From: Pecten maximus
Lineage: Eukaryota
Direction of reading: 5' to 3'
Assembly: GCF_902652985.1 (NCBI RefSeq)
Contig: NC_047018.1
Span: 43,772,001-43,836,000, forward strand
DNA length: 64,000 nucleotides
Shown here piece by piece: positions 27,241 through 41,053 of this stretch (its first letter is position 1; each line of letters starts with the position of its first letter). Made by a program: the position numbers and the translations under genes. The notes under the pieces are model-generated. The model was not told the origin of the DNA, did not search any database, and was given only the letters and a program-made list of their open reading frames with translations.

Positions 27241-27635
27241 ACAGAGGATATCTAACGGTATCTCCAGTAATACCAAATATATTTCACGAGTGGGGCTAAT
27301 ATTTTGATACTTTTCACGAGTGCGCAACACGAGTGAAAAATATCAAAATATTAGCCACACGAGTGAAATATATTTGGTATTACGGGAGATACTGTTAGAT
27401 ATTCTGTTTATTACATTTTTATCAACGAAAAACCTACCCCGTATGCTAACTAGGCCTACAGCGAAAGTTTGCATACGTTTATAGCAGTTCCCCCTGTCCA
27501 GGTGCTGACATATATGTCGGGCTTTCTGATTGGTCAATTATTTTGGTATTTTCTAATCATTAATTTGATTGGTCAAATCAGCAAAAGTGACATTTTTCAC
27601 TAATTTTTGATATTTCACTGGTAAAAATGTAATAA
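27241..27635. mobile_element. Palindromic non-autonomous element (long hairpin plus short IR-bounded body)
   Basis: Imperfect inverted repeat with ~80-bp arms, 27241-27407; short IR TTATTACATTTTT (~27408-27420) / AAAAATGTAATAA (27623-27635). Confidence 0.7.
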
Positions 27636-27693
27636 ATTGATTTACTTAATTACACTCACATTCAGTTCTTTATATTATATTATGCCAAATACC

Positions 27694-28117
27694 CAATCTA
27701 ATTAAAATCTAGATGGTCATTATCACTACGTTACATGAACATCTAACAACATCCCATAAGGGGTCACGGCAGGGTGACCTTTTGGATTAGCCAATCAAAT
27801 GACTACTTCCAGAAACTTGGAAGTGAATTCTATATGTCCGAATTAGCATGACTAGAGTGCATAGCTTGTATAATCTGTCAATTTCTTTCAAGTCATTTCG
27901 TCCCGTAAAGTATATAGATATAATGTGCCGAAATGGTTTGCTTCAGATGCATGCTGTGACGAAATGTCTTGCTTCGATGATATCGACAAAATGCCAATTC
28001 GCCCTGACCGTGAAATACACACATCTGAGAGGTCATCAGAAACGTGACCCCTTATGGGATGTTGTTAGATATTCATGTAACGTAGTGATAATGACCATCT
28101 AGATTTTAATTAGATTG
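27694..28117. mobile_element. MITE with ~85-bp TIRs and 9-bp TSD (Mutator-like)
   Basis: TIR CAATCTAATTAAAATCTAGATGG..GGGTCACG, 27694-27778 / 28043-28117, near perfect; TSD CCAAATACC at 27685-27693 and 28118-28126. Confidence 0.9.
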
Positions 28118-31100
28118 CCAAATACCGTGGGAGAATTAAAAATAGTTAATTCATTGAAAATTATATATTTCAATAAAGCGTCTCAAAAACCCCAATAAGA
28201 TCGTTATAAAATTATATGGATATATATGAATATAAAGTTATTGCGATAGGTAAAAGCGTTCGCTTTCAATTGGCTGAGATTATCGGATCAATATTAATAA
28301 TTCTTTATCCCTTCTGGAAAATATTGGTAGTTCAGATACTAGAACATCATCTACGTACAATTCGTTAATCCGGAACGAAATACTCACCCTTGGCTGTAGT
28401 ATATTCGCGGTACAGTACTTATCACTTAATCGACCTGTTATCGAAGTCAGAAATCGATTGTGACGTCATAATATTGACAAGACGTTACGTCATGAATTTA
28501 AAGTGATGCATCCAAATGGCTCTTCTATTTTCTTTGTCATCCAAAGTGTGACTTTTTGACTTTAAAATCTTGAGCACATGCAAGTTCTCTGACTGAGGTG
28601 ATAAAAACTATCTTACATTTATATTCATTCTTTTTGAATGAGATTTAATGAAACACGTCTTCTGTCTTGGAATTTCAATTTCAGCCCACTAAAACTCGCA
28701 AATTTACAAAAATTAAGATTCATTTCTTCAAATTTGATATTAGATGAAATCCCATTTAAAAGCAAGGTACATACTTTGATTGAAGTTGACCTTGAAATCC
28801 GGGCACCAGCAATAAAGGTTATATAAAATGTAGTAATACATTATTTTACCGATTTCCATTCGGTGTTTAAAAAATAGACCAATTTATTTTCATTTTTGAA
28901 AATTTTTAAAGGGTTATATCTTAAACTTTCAATTTTAAAGTAGTTAATTCACTCCTTTAGTTTAGAAGGTCGTATTTTACCAATACTGATCATTTTGTTG
29001 AAATCAAGCAGTCAAAGGCGAAAGAGTACATTTGTTTCAGGTCCAACTATTCTGATATTTCACCTTTCACTTTATCTAGTGGATTGTTAATACAATCAGA
29101 GATTCTGATTAGTACGAACCCCATGGAAGGACACTGATATCTCATATTTTGTTCCGGATGTACCACTAGATAGGCTAAAATAATCAGGGTATATATTTGT
29201 TTGAATAAGAACGCATACACCTCCTCAAGTATATTAGAAGTAAAACGGTCTATAACGGAGCCATGCTGTTCCAAATGGCTACCTTATAGTGGTGTACGTA
29301 ATGTACTGTTTAGTTATTAGCTGTTATATAGAGGATATCGGGTGGAAGACATAAGCATTTTTCCATAAGTGAGGCCAAAGTTTGATTTAGATTGACTCCG
29401 ACATTTCTAACTTAAAGGGGAAAAAAATCTATGTCCTAAATCATGACGCTATTTGATAATAGAACAAAAAGTGGTCCGAAACCTCCCGTTGATCAACATA
29501 CATGCAAGGTACATTGTCTTAATGTGCATTTACCTATCGCAAAACAAACGGGTGCGCGAGTTCGTAGAAAGTGGTCACATAACGTGCTAGAGATCAAAGA
29601 GATTTATCTGACTGACAAATCAATTAATTATTGATTGATATGCACTCGATGTCAGAGATCAATCTTAATCGTAATTAACCTGTAATAAAAGATAACAGGT
29701 CGCTGCTAATTGATAATTATATCAACGTATTTAAGCGTTTTATTGCCGGAGATAAGGTCGATAGCAATGTATTGATATCATCACTAAAACGTAGAGCGCG
29801 TACGTACGTATATAACGAACCAATAGGCTTTATTTGGAATTAAGAATCACGTACGTCTAGCTAAAAATAATTACTTGTTCCACTTGGCACCTAATTCAGT
29901 CAGTCTGTAGAACAGTGCCATCAGATAAAATAAGGAATTTCTGGCAACTGTCTTTTCCGTTTTTTGAATTCGAAGTTGCAAGAATTCGATCGAACTTTAG
30001 TTCTAGAAGATTGGCGACATGGAATATTGTGTCCATGTCATTTTTGTAATTTATATATACATATATCATTGTTTGGTAATGGCGAGAAGGTACAGAGGGG
30101 CACTTGTATATAAAAATGCCATTTATTAAATCAGTTTTTCATCAAATAAGGTTGTATAATAATAATGAAGCATAATGAAAAATTAGTATTTCAGAAAAAA
30201 ACCAGTTATAGTGTTGTCAAATTATGTTTTTAATTTTGACTGATAACAATTAAAAAATTAGAACCTCAATCAATTTGATATTTGAGATTGACAGAAACAA
30301 TCAGACGAAGACAATGATAGACGTTGATTTATGTACACAAAAGACATCAGATGATTTATTACAATGTCGGAAATGTACAACATTAAAAGAAATGCCCTAA
30401 CTTCTATGTCTATCAAAAACATAAGATCGTACATGCAAGCAGTAATAATATTCAGACCGATAAAATCATATCTTACCATCTATCTGAAATACATATTTCG
30501 CAATATTTAAAGAAACTTGCACTCAAAACACACTACCAATCAAAACCAAATCAAAATGATAAAAAAAAAGTTCAGAGAATAGCTTCGTGTACTTTTCTGA
30601 GATTCCAATGTGATACATATAAACTCTGCTGGCCAATTTAAAACAGCCCAAGGATTAAGTACATGTCACTTGTTAGATTATGGGAAAAATTGAGTATATA
30701 CATGCATAAACCTTATTGATTTTACCAACGGTATAGATATATTTTAATAATATCAAAACGATATTTCCTCTTCTGTGAATATGTAACATTTTAGCATCTT
30801 CATTACTGAAGATTTCATGACGTCACATTGCAAAAGCTACACATATGCAATAGACATCGTTATATTAAACGTTCATTAGAAATCTAGATTTTCTTTTAAA
30901 AATTGTATTTATTTATTTTTTATTTATTTATTTTTGTTATATAAATGACGCCCTTTTCAATATCATTGACATTTCTTTGGTATTGTTTTCTAATTGTTTA
31001 CCTTGGTATTTGTATTGTTCTCCTGTGAAAACATTTGATAATTTTCTATATTCTGATCAAAATTTATATGATATTCCACGGAAAACCATTTAATATATTC

Positions 31101-34100
31101 AATCAAAGGATGTGCAAAAGCAAATTAAATACTTATTAATAGCCATTTATAGAAAATCACAAATTATTCTCCAAGATTCTTCAGAGGAAAGTATATTTAA
31201 TACATTAATTCGTTTAAACTACGCAGAGCATGTAAGGTTTAAGGCAGGCCATTCGAATGTCTTTCATACTCCTTCGACACAATGCAGATATAAAGCCTAT
31301 CTACCACATATGTTATGGGAACCAACTAGCTTCATGACCTAGTATTTAGTAATGACATGTAAAAGGAACAGTTTAACATCAAACCATATTGTTATCGATA
31401 GGTATGTCTTTTGTATCAATCCTAAAGTTATCATTAATTAAGGTAAATCTAATGGGGAGAAATTGATTCATTTTTTATGACAGTTTTCCTGACAGTCGTC
31501 ACATAGTGACGGAGAAATTAACAGCTCAACTTTTCTAGAGCTGCAGGTTGATGAAGATGATGTGGGAGTTTTATAGTCGATATCAGGATATCATTTGGAA
31601 AATATTTTATGTTCAAATATAATATTAAGTCAGGTGTTTAATACTTGTTGATATGCTCAGTGGTTCCATCGTAACCACCCTAGTTCTCATTATGAGAATG
31701 TGACTTGACCCAGGTTTGACATAGATTTGAATGGCGAGTGTTGTAAATGAATTGGAAAGACGCTTACTTCACTGGAACTCCTGTTCGTATTTTTCTTTAA
31801 CTTTTTCAATGGTCTCCATATATTTTTTTGCTGTTATTTTTTTCCTCATTTTATTGATTTTTAGTTGAAATAATCTGTGTTATTATGTCGGTATTCTTTG
31901 TTATATTACAAAAGATAAAATGGCTCTTCAGTACTGTCTTTTCATCACAGTATAACAGTGAGTTACGACTAGGAAACCTGTTGTATATAAAGTTTTCTAC
32001 AAATACATATTATCCTACATTAAAGCACTCCTGAAGGTTACAAATTGTCAGATTCCTATCTTTACTACAATTAAAATGTATAAGAATCTAATTGATTCCT
32101 GGTAACAGGTTTTGATTAACTTTCTGAAAGTGTGTCTAATTCACATCACCTCTTCAAATTAACCAATTATCAATTAGCAATAGACATTCATGGGAGAATT
32201 TTAAAATTTCTTCTCACATTGGAATTAACTATATGGCAGCGAGACGAGACCTCTGACGCGTAGACAGTCTCTTATCGACAAGGAGACCTGCACTGCATTT
32301 ATATAGTTTTCGCTGTAGTCTTTAGGTATGGAGTTATTAATTTATGAATTTGTTAATTTCAGATACTTATATAATTGATTGCAGTAACCCATAAAGAGAT
32401 GTTATCGGTCCTGTCAGATTTTGGCAGTTACATGGGCATAGTCTATACCTCGCGACATTTACACTTTCACTGCATCGTACTGGTTAAGGCCAAAGTTAAA
32501 ACATTATCTGTGTTTCGTCCTCAAGCTCTAGAATTATTCTAATTGACATTTATTGCTCTGTGCTGAATATACATAAATACCCTGTGTGAAACATGAACAC
32601 ATTTAATGCATATACACCGTACATATATATGAATATATCGATGCGATATAAATAATGAAGAATTAAATTTAATGGTAAAATATGAAAACAATGCAAACTG
32701 TAGTTATTTCCCAACAATTGCGAACAATTAATATAAACTTTTACTTTATATAAACTTCTTCACCTATGTTTAATGTTTGTGCGTTACCACTGCCACATGA
32801 CGTCCCAAAAGTGAAAAGATATTGTTTCACTATTCTAGATTGATTTATAACTTACAAGGAGGACAAATAACGAAGGACTGGTTGTAAACTGTCATCAAAA
32901 TCATATCTGTAATCAAATGCATTTAAAACTCTTTCTTTGTAAAGGGAAGTTAGAAAAAATAAAATTTCGTTCAAAAGAAACAATAATCAAAAAATGAAAA
33001 ATAACCAATCTGTTGAAATTCGTTTAATTTTTGAATTTATGTTCAGTTTTAACGCACAAGTGATCAATAAATTCATTGAAAATACACCTCACAATATTTG
33101 AAAATTAGATATGAGGATATACATAATGTAGGTAGGAAAAGGATTTCTAATCCTAAATGTTTTCAGTCATTCTATTTTTTAATACATTTTTTTCACAAAA
33201 CATATTACAAGAACAATCATAAACTTAAAACATATTGCTTATTAACTATCCTGAATCCACATATCTCTCTCTTTCTCTGTATGTTTGACTCTCTGTGAGA
33301 CTTTTGACGCCAAAATGATATTTTCCATCAGTTTCACTTTCTATTTTTCGAAGCTGTTCTATACTTGATTGTGTTATACTGAGTCTTCTTATCAGACTTG
33401 CCATTTTGTTTATTTTTCCTTGTTTATTAAAATTTCAATGTATTGTTATTTTTCATTGTACCTTATTATTATGATAATTATTATCCTTTTTTTTTTAAAC
33501 TAAGATTGTTTGAAGTAGAAACTATTTCAAACTACTGCTCAACGTGCGGAGGCTCTAACAAGCTCGGCATGTGACTTTACCTGGATTTGACATTGGTATT
33601 AACACGGTTGTCATCGATGAAGCAGAAAATGCTCACCCCTTTTGTTGATTTAAATAAGAAATATGACTAAAAACTAATATATCATGGCCTATCATAATGT
33701 TCGGCCGGCGAGGTGTAAAACATCAGCATAGGCCACTCAAGATGTAATCGTTGGTTGGAGGCGATAAGTTCAGTCAGTGAGGGACTACCTAATTACTGCG
33801 GCGATACGTGTTAAATGTCACACAAGAAAGGAACAGGTCCATTATCAGCGCCCACTGGTTCAATGTCACAGCACAAAGGTCATCCTAAGTTGACCACACT
33901 CTTTATAACCCTAGATTACATCAGATTTTATTCCCATATCTTTGTGAGTGGATTTACGAGATGCATGCTCTGAATAAATATTCTGCATTCTTTCATTTAC
34001 GTCACTGCACCACAGCATTAACCTAACGAAATGTTAAATGATATCTGTTCAACTTATACTTAAGTACATTTATGTGCTAATAATTCTGATGGATAGTTTG

Positions 34101-34247
34101 ATTAAAAGAATATAATGTATATGATACATAGTTTATCGTAGACTATCGCAGAGTCTTTTAGCTTAAGTGACCTGACGTAGCTAGTCTGCAGTGTTATTAG
34201 AACAATGGTTAAAGAATGACTGCATTGTGTGTAATACAACAATAAAC

Positions 34248-34637
34248 CTGGGCCCAATTTCATATATTTTCTGGAACCTTCCAAAAGATATTATAACAGA
34301 ATTTCAGGAAAGTTCCTGGACTAAGATTATTTTTTAAAATCTAGTAATGGTTTCCAATGGACAATTTTAAGTTAAGACATTTCCTAAAGTTAAGGAATGT
34401 TGATGAAACCTGGCCTTGTTCCAGTTGCAACTTGAAATTTCGATAGAAAAGCATTATAGTAAGAAAAACATCTTTGCTAAGGAACCTTCCCTATGTTCCT
34501 AAAATTTTATTTAGGAAAGGATTACGGAATTTACGGGAAAACCTTAGTTAAGGAAGTTTCGTTAAATTCAGCGTCCTATGGGAAAATTAAGTTAAGATAT
34601 TGTCTTACGTTAAGGAAGATTGTTTAAACTGGTCCCA
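34248..34637. mobile_element. Degenerate MITE-like element
   Basis: Ends CTGGGCCCAATTT..AAACTGGTCCCAG; two tandem copies of a right-end-like segment AATTAAGTTAAGA..GTTAAGGAA..AAAC. Confidence 0.45.
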
Positions 34638-35957
34638 GATAGATAGGGTTCTTAGTAGTTTCACAACAACATTACTTCGTTTGGTACATAATACACCAAT
34701 TCGAAACCATAGTGGCATAGCTTCTTAAAGGTTAAAAACGTAAGATATTGCAACGTAAGAAGAAGAATCATTCGACTAACACTAGATGGCATTATTAAAA
34801 ATCAGGGTTAATAGAGATTTATTTAAAACAAAGTCGGAAGAAATTTGCTCAAGGTAAAAAGACAAAAGAAAGCAAAGAACAATAATTCTTCAAACCCCCT
34901 CCTCCCCCCCCCCCCCCCCCAAAAAAAAAACAACAAAAACAAAAACAAAACAACGCCTGTTGTTATAAAACATTTGTCATCAGAATATTGAAAACCATAC
35001 GCCCGACTCGGAGCCATGTGGCACCCTTTTTGTAAGTGTCACTTCATAAAGGGGTTCAAGAAATGTTTAAAATGGTGCGTATTGGTTAAGAACTACTTGG
35101 TAGTATGATCACAGATAGAATACGGCCATTTGCGGTTTTTGAGCGACACCTTGTTAGCACACAGTTAGTTAGAAAGGGAATATATGTACTGCTATCGCAA
35201 TTGCCATCGGTCGCTCTATCTGTTTAAATTTTGTGATTTTAATCTAAATCTACACTTTCTAATTTACTTCCATCATTTACTACATACGCAATATGTGTCT
35301 ATCACCTGTTTCTACCACAATAGAATAGCTATTCTGATAATGAATAGACCTGTTTCGTGTAAGGATACCAACTGAAGTGAAATGCCGCTAATATATGCAA
35401 AAACCGACACTTATGTGTACAGATATCACAATTTATTATTAATCAAAACAAATAATTAACAGTTCATTATTTTCCAAAGCAATAATTTGACATCAATCTA
35501 TATAAAAAAATGACGTATTACAAAAAACCGATGCGGACTACTTTTTGCATGTCATCATTTCCGTGCAGCGGCCTTCGAATGTTAGCAAATCAAAACCCGT
35601 CGAACCACGTGATTGGGAAATAGTTCAGGTCACAGGTTTGTTATTCAACAGTTTCAATGATTATGTCATGCCTTAGGAGTTGAATAACACCACCTATTGT
35701 GGTAGAAATAATCTTTACAATTCGGTGCTGTGCGAAATTTAATATCCGCAAACTGGAACAATCGCTGATTCTAACTTTTCTAACTTCAGTACATTGGCAT
35801 CGTTCTTATAATAAGCAGTTCAGATTACCATTTTTGTAAAAAAAAGTGTTGTTGATCTTAAAACGTTCGTTTCTGAAATGGAGCATGAATAAGAATCAAT
35901 TCATGATTCAAGTAAATATCATGGAACTTCATCGGGCTTCAATTATGTTTGAAAGAA

Positions 35958-36140
35958 GAACCTGAAATTGCACATTTAAGAAGTAGTTCTTTTAATGAAC
36001 CTTTGAGCGATATACCTGATATTGCACATTTAAACATTGGTTCGTTTGATGAACCTTTGAACGTTATACCTGATATTGCACATTTAAGCATTGGTTCGTT
36101 TAATGAACCTTTGAACGTTATACCTGAAATTGCGCATGTA
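35958..36140. repeat. 54-bp tandem repeat, ~3 copies
   Basis: GAACCTTTGAACGTTATACCTGATATTGCACATTTAAGCATTGGTTCGTTTAAT units. Confidence 0.85.
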
Positions 36141-38069
36141 ATCATTGGTTGAGATGAAGGACCTATGCGCGTTATATTACCAGCGATTACAGACATCGAA
36201 AGCAACTTTCTTATCCTTGAAGGAGCTTTATAGTACAAAAAAACATAAGTCAGTGGCACATTTTAATAAGGATTTAGTGATATATAAACGGTTTTAGTCC
36301 TCCAGCACTCATCAGTGACAAAAAGTGGAATTCCAGAAGGGCGAAAAGGAAAAATCAAGATTAGTCGAAACACAAATTAAAAAAGGCGAATCACTTATAT
36401 TATATATATATATATATTATATTTCTTTATTGATCAATTTTAAATGATTGTTAAAATGGTTTTATTCCCTACCGCTATTCGTTAGATTTTAAGTGTGACA
36501 AGCAGGGACGGCAAACCTTCAGGGCTTACAGTACAGTATTGTTTATTTGGCAGAATGAAATTAGATTTAGGGAGAACACAGTTCATACCATGCAAAGTAA
36601 TCTATAAAAATTGAAAACAACTTCAACTACCATTAAATCATCACAACTATCATTAAATGGTGAATATTTGGCATGAACATCCATGACGCAATCAAAGAAT
36701 GACCCTTGCTGAACAAAACCAAATCTTCTTTATTTTGAAGGATTTACGATTACAAACGGTTGGTTTGAATATGATTTAAACAAATTCTTCTCAAATTTGG
36801 AACTAGCACTGTTTCACTGGATCTGATCAGATTCACTTTGTTTATACGTTGAAAGTTATTTCTCTTTATATCACTCAACCAATATTAATCCAGGTTTTTA
36901 CAGTGTATTCATCAAAATTTTAAAATGTTGGCAAATAAATTTCAAACAAATGTTTATTAATTTTTTTATTTCTATTGATTCATTTATTGACATTTATTTA
37001 TTCATTTTGTTTGTTTTGTATACTAAAACTGCTATATAAAGAAATATTTTTTTCTATAAAAACAGCAGCAATTGATCAATAGGGTTAGAATATTGCTTCA
37101 ACGATACCTAAATAACCAAATGAATCGCCCTATGAAATCGAAGCAAAATAAAGTTTAGATAGATTAATTAGAAAATTATAAAAATTAATACGAGTCTTTT
37201 CAGTATAAAAGAAAAATATCTTTTTTCACTGTTACGAAAACTTATCATTTTTACTGTCACGAAAACTATAGTTTATCCTTCTTTACGGAAATCTGGTATA
37301 AAAGGATTTCTATGTTAGTCCAGAATATATCTTGTACATGTAACGCCGAACGTGGAAGTGACCCCGTCAGGTTGTTGACCCATATATTACTCCTTGTGAA
37401 ATATGGAATGCAATATTACTTCCGGGGACGTGACGGAAGTGATGTGAGTAAAAGCATACAGCAGCCGTGTCTAATGTGGTTTATAAAGCTCTTAAGTGTT
37501 TCGCGGAAGGCGGTACTAACGTAACAATGCCCACACAAGTATTTCTTAAGTACACATGATGGAAAATCACTACGGTAATTTTTATATTAAAAATTACTGA
37601 AATATATATTTGTTACCTAACCCTTAATCGAGAAATAGGAACGCCCGTACGTGCCGTCTCGCCAGTTCAGAGAGCAACGCGAGATGGCATGCATTTTTGT
37701 ATTTAATGAATTGATGTGCCCAAGGTTAATTTACCAATGTTACGTTTTAACGGCATTCATAATGCTATGATAACATATAAAGTATCAATAAGAGTGAAAA
37801 TACAGACGATTTGAAGATTTATTATCTTAGATCTTGCTATTATACGATTGTTATCTATCGTGTATTTTGTTCGACCTTGGTGAAGTTGACGGGATATATC
37901 TTTAGATTGGTAGACTACTGTGAACGCAGTGAATCTAAGCAATAACTTGCAGTAAAAAAAAGGCAAAAGGACATAATAATGAAACCGTAATTCTAACTCA
38001 AAATTGATAAAAAGGGCAATAAATGAATAGAAAGTATAGATATGGATAACATGTAAAAGTAGAGAATAT

Positions 38070-38700
38070 GACCAGGTGTTCAGGAAGAATAAGCGCCTTC
38101 TGCTTCATCGACGCTATCGCCATGCAAAACTAGGTCACGACGACACCCGCCATACCAAACTAGGTCACGACGACACCCGCCATACCAAACTAGGTCACGA
38201 CGACACCCGCCATACAAAGCTAGGTCACGACGACACCCGTCATACAAAACTAGGTCACGACGACACCTGTCATACAAAACTAGGTCACAACGACACCCGC
38301 CATACAAAACTAGGTCACGACGACACCCTGCCATACAAAACTAGGTCACGACGACACCTGCCATACAAAACTAGGTCACGACGACACCCGCCATACAAAA
38401 CTAGGTCAAATCACGGCTACGTCACATTCTCAAAAAAGCAAGCTAGGTTGGTGATAACGGAACCACTGGACATATCAACAAGCATCAAACAAGTCTGACT
38501 TCATATCGCACAAGGAAATAAAAATATTCCTAAATGAAATCATGATGTCAGTCCGAAAACACTTTCCCATGATCTTCATCATCTGCATCCCTCGGAACTA
38601 TGTTTTGCTGATTTTCCCTTAGTAGTCGATATCTGTGACGGAAATCGTGATCATGTGAACAAGTCCTTGAATATATCGAACACGGACGCCGATGTTTCCA
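38070..38700 (-). mobile_element. Penelope-like element 3' relic containing a 30-bp minisatellite
   Basis: Shares GACCAGGTGTTC.GGAAGA.TAAGCG.CTTCTG with 57298.. and (inverted) 47450-47500; shares GTCTGACTTCATATC..AAGGAAATA with 3955-3985. Confidence 0.65.
38110..38408. repeat. 30-bp minisatellite, ~10 copies
   Basis: CATACAAAACTAGGTCACGACGACACCCGC units. Confidence 0.95.
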
Positions 38701-39605
38701 TCACCGACAACCCACTGTGACATTTTTTCGTTATTATCGTAGTGTATTTAAATGTCAAATCAACTCGCATGTAAAACAAATATGCGATACCAATAAATTA
38801 TATACATAGTAGAGTACTTGTCAGTGTTTCTCGAACCAATGTTATAGGTGAGAGTGGTCTGGAGCTTACGATTGACTTCACTCTTTTGGAATCATTATTT
38901 TTTTTCCCTTCCTTTCCTGTGTTTTATTTTTCCCTGTCTGTTCTGTCTTTATGTGCTTCCGTCTACATTTATAGTCTCTCTCTCCTTGACACCCGTCCGT
39001 ATAAGACCCTGGCTGTAACAATAATCACGTCAGCATTATATTGCCAGCGTACTGGAGATCACGTTTATCGACAGCCAATGATGGTTGGAATTTGCGATAG
39101 ATAGAGAAGAACAACGCTTTCGTAAGAGTGATTTATCGGATATAACCAAACTCTGCAAGCCGGAGATAAAATGTGATGTCGATTTTTTGAAAATGTTTCG
39201 AACATTAATGACATCATGTCATAAATGAAAAAAAAATATGAAAAAAATTGTAAAGACTTTTATATACCATCTCAATAATTACCAATGTATTGTATATGAA
39301 CCTTATGTAATGACACCATGAATATCTTTCCCGCGAAAATATTAATAAAGGAATTGATAATATTCATAATTTTGGTACATTTTCCTAGAAATTAGCATTA
39401 ATAACGCAGGCAACCACGCGATGTGTTTTTCATGTCTGTTCTTAGTCTCCCGTGATAAGTGATTGTTACCTGTTTCCGGCTAACGTTTGTCTGACTGCCG
39501 CCATTAGTCTACTTCACCTGCAACGACTGTCTTAAAATTGACCCCTTAACCCCGAGCTACAGAGACTATCTTCTTAATAAGTTCTGATTCCATACAGTAA
39601 CGTAT

Positions 39606-39998
39606 TGATGGATGGATGGATGGATGGATGGACAGCCGTCCGTTCCAACGCTACTTGTGGGGATAAATTCCTTATGTGTCTGCCCTTGTTAATTCAGCCA
39701 GTGGAGTTTTATCCACTAAACGAGTCCACTTTTACTTACCTTATATACATATGAAATTGTGTGTATCTAAAAATAACAAGGCGATTGTTCGACTGTGTTC
39801 CTGCTCTGGCAGATGATGTAACATAATCATGCCAGTGACAAAAAAAAATGATAATACAGACCAAATACATACAGACATTTCACAAGTGACGATTTTTTTT
39901 GTCCGTCATCAAAGGCTGAATTGAGCACGGACGGACGGACGGACGGACGGACGTTGTGAATTCAGTGCAATATGCTAACTTCGTTAATTACGACATAA
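39606..39998 (+). mobile_element. Two relic ends of pearl/HINE-like elements: (GGAT)n and (GGAC)n microsatellites followed by decayed short palindromes
   Basis: (GGAT)n at ~39606-39632 followed by ..GTGGGGATAAA; (GGAC)n at ~39928-39953 followed by ..ACTTCG..CGACATAA. A microsatellite plus terminal palindrome is the known layout of bivalve pearl/HINE elements. Confidence 0.4.
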
Positions 39999-41053
39999 TT
40001 ATACAATACAGTGCTTCAAACTTTCCCCAAATTGTTCACCGAAAGAGCTTGTTTGTCAACAGAAATATCACATATACACAACAGAATCCTGAAGATGCTC
40101 TCTATATCAATTAATTAATGATATATCTTTAACACAAAAATAAACACATTGTCTTGTTAGTACACTGGAAATATTGGTTAAATCATCCTTTTAATGAATA
40201 CATCTGTGGTTTATGCTAATCATAATCACATTCCTTTGCTAACGTCATTTACCTGTCAATCAAAAACACCTACGTATTCGTTTGATGTAATTATGTATTA
40301 TTACGCTGTTCACACCGCATTTCATTAATCAACTTGATATTTGAGGTTTGGAAAGAGGTAGAAGAGCTATATTTAACAGGAGATGGATAGTATAAACTTA
40401 TACCCCGACCCCACAGGGATATTAGCTACATATTTAAAGTTTGTTACTTTACGTCGAACACTGAAACCGCACACGTTATTACGTTAGTCCGTGGTTTGTG
40501 TGACGGATTCATGAATTCATCCGTCATCGTTACGACAGCTGACAAACCATTCCTCATATGTCTGGTTAGTCTGTTCAAATAAATTAAAAATAAAGAATTT
40601 CATAAACAAATGGAATTATTTTAATTTTTTTATTGTTTACATTATTTTTTTTGACATTTTAGTGCGAACCATATTTTACCCTATTATTGAGGTTTGAAAG
40701 CTTGAGTTCAACAGTCTACAATAATAGCACTGCTTTGATATCTGTCTGTCAAATTAACAGTGTTAGAATTGCTGAATATTCATTAAAATATCAATTATAT
40801 GATACAACTCCTTTTTATCATTTCAGATAAAGGCAAAGCTGTTGAGTTTCTTCACCCAATTTCATAAACTTTACCATGCATATATTTCCATAATCCCGTC
40901 AGCTTTTAATTGAACAATGAATTAAAAAGGCAACTTTGAATTCATTATATCACTTTTGCATGTGAGCACTTCTTTGGTTATTTCACAGAGCGGAATGCAT
41001 TTTAACAAAAAGAGAAATATCGGTTTTTATTTGATAATTCATATTATCCCATC

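Noticed and set aside
38076-38498. His-rich repeat protein (HTKLGHDDTR)n
   Set aside because: Translation of a 30-bp minisatellite inside a retroelement relic; frameshifts midway.
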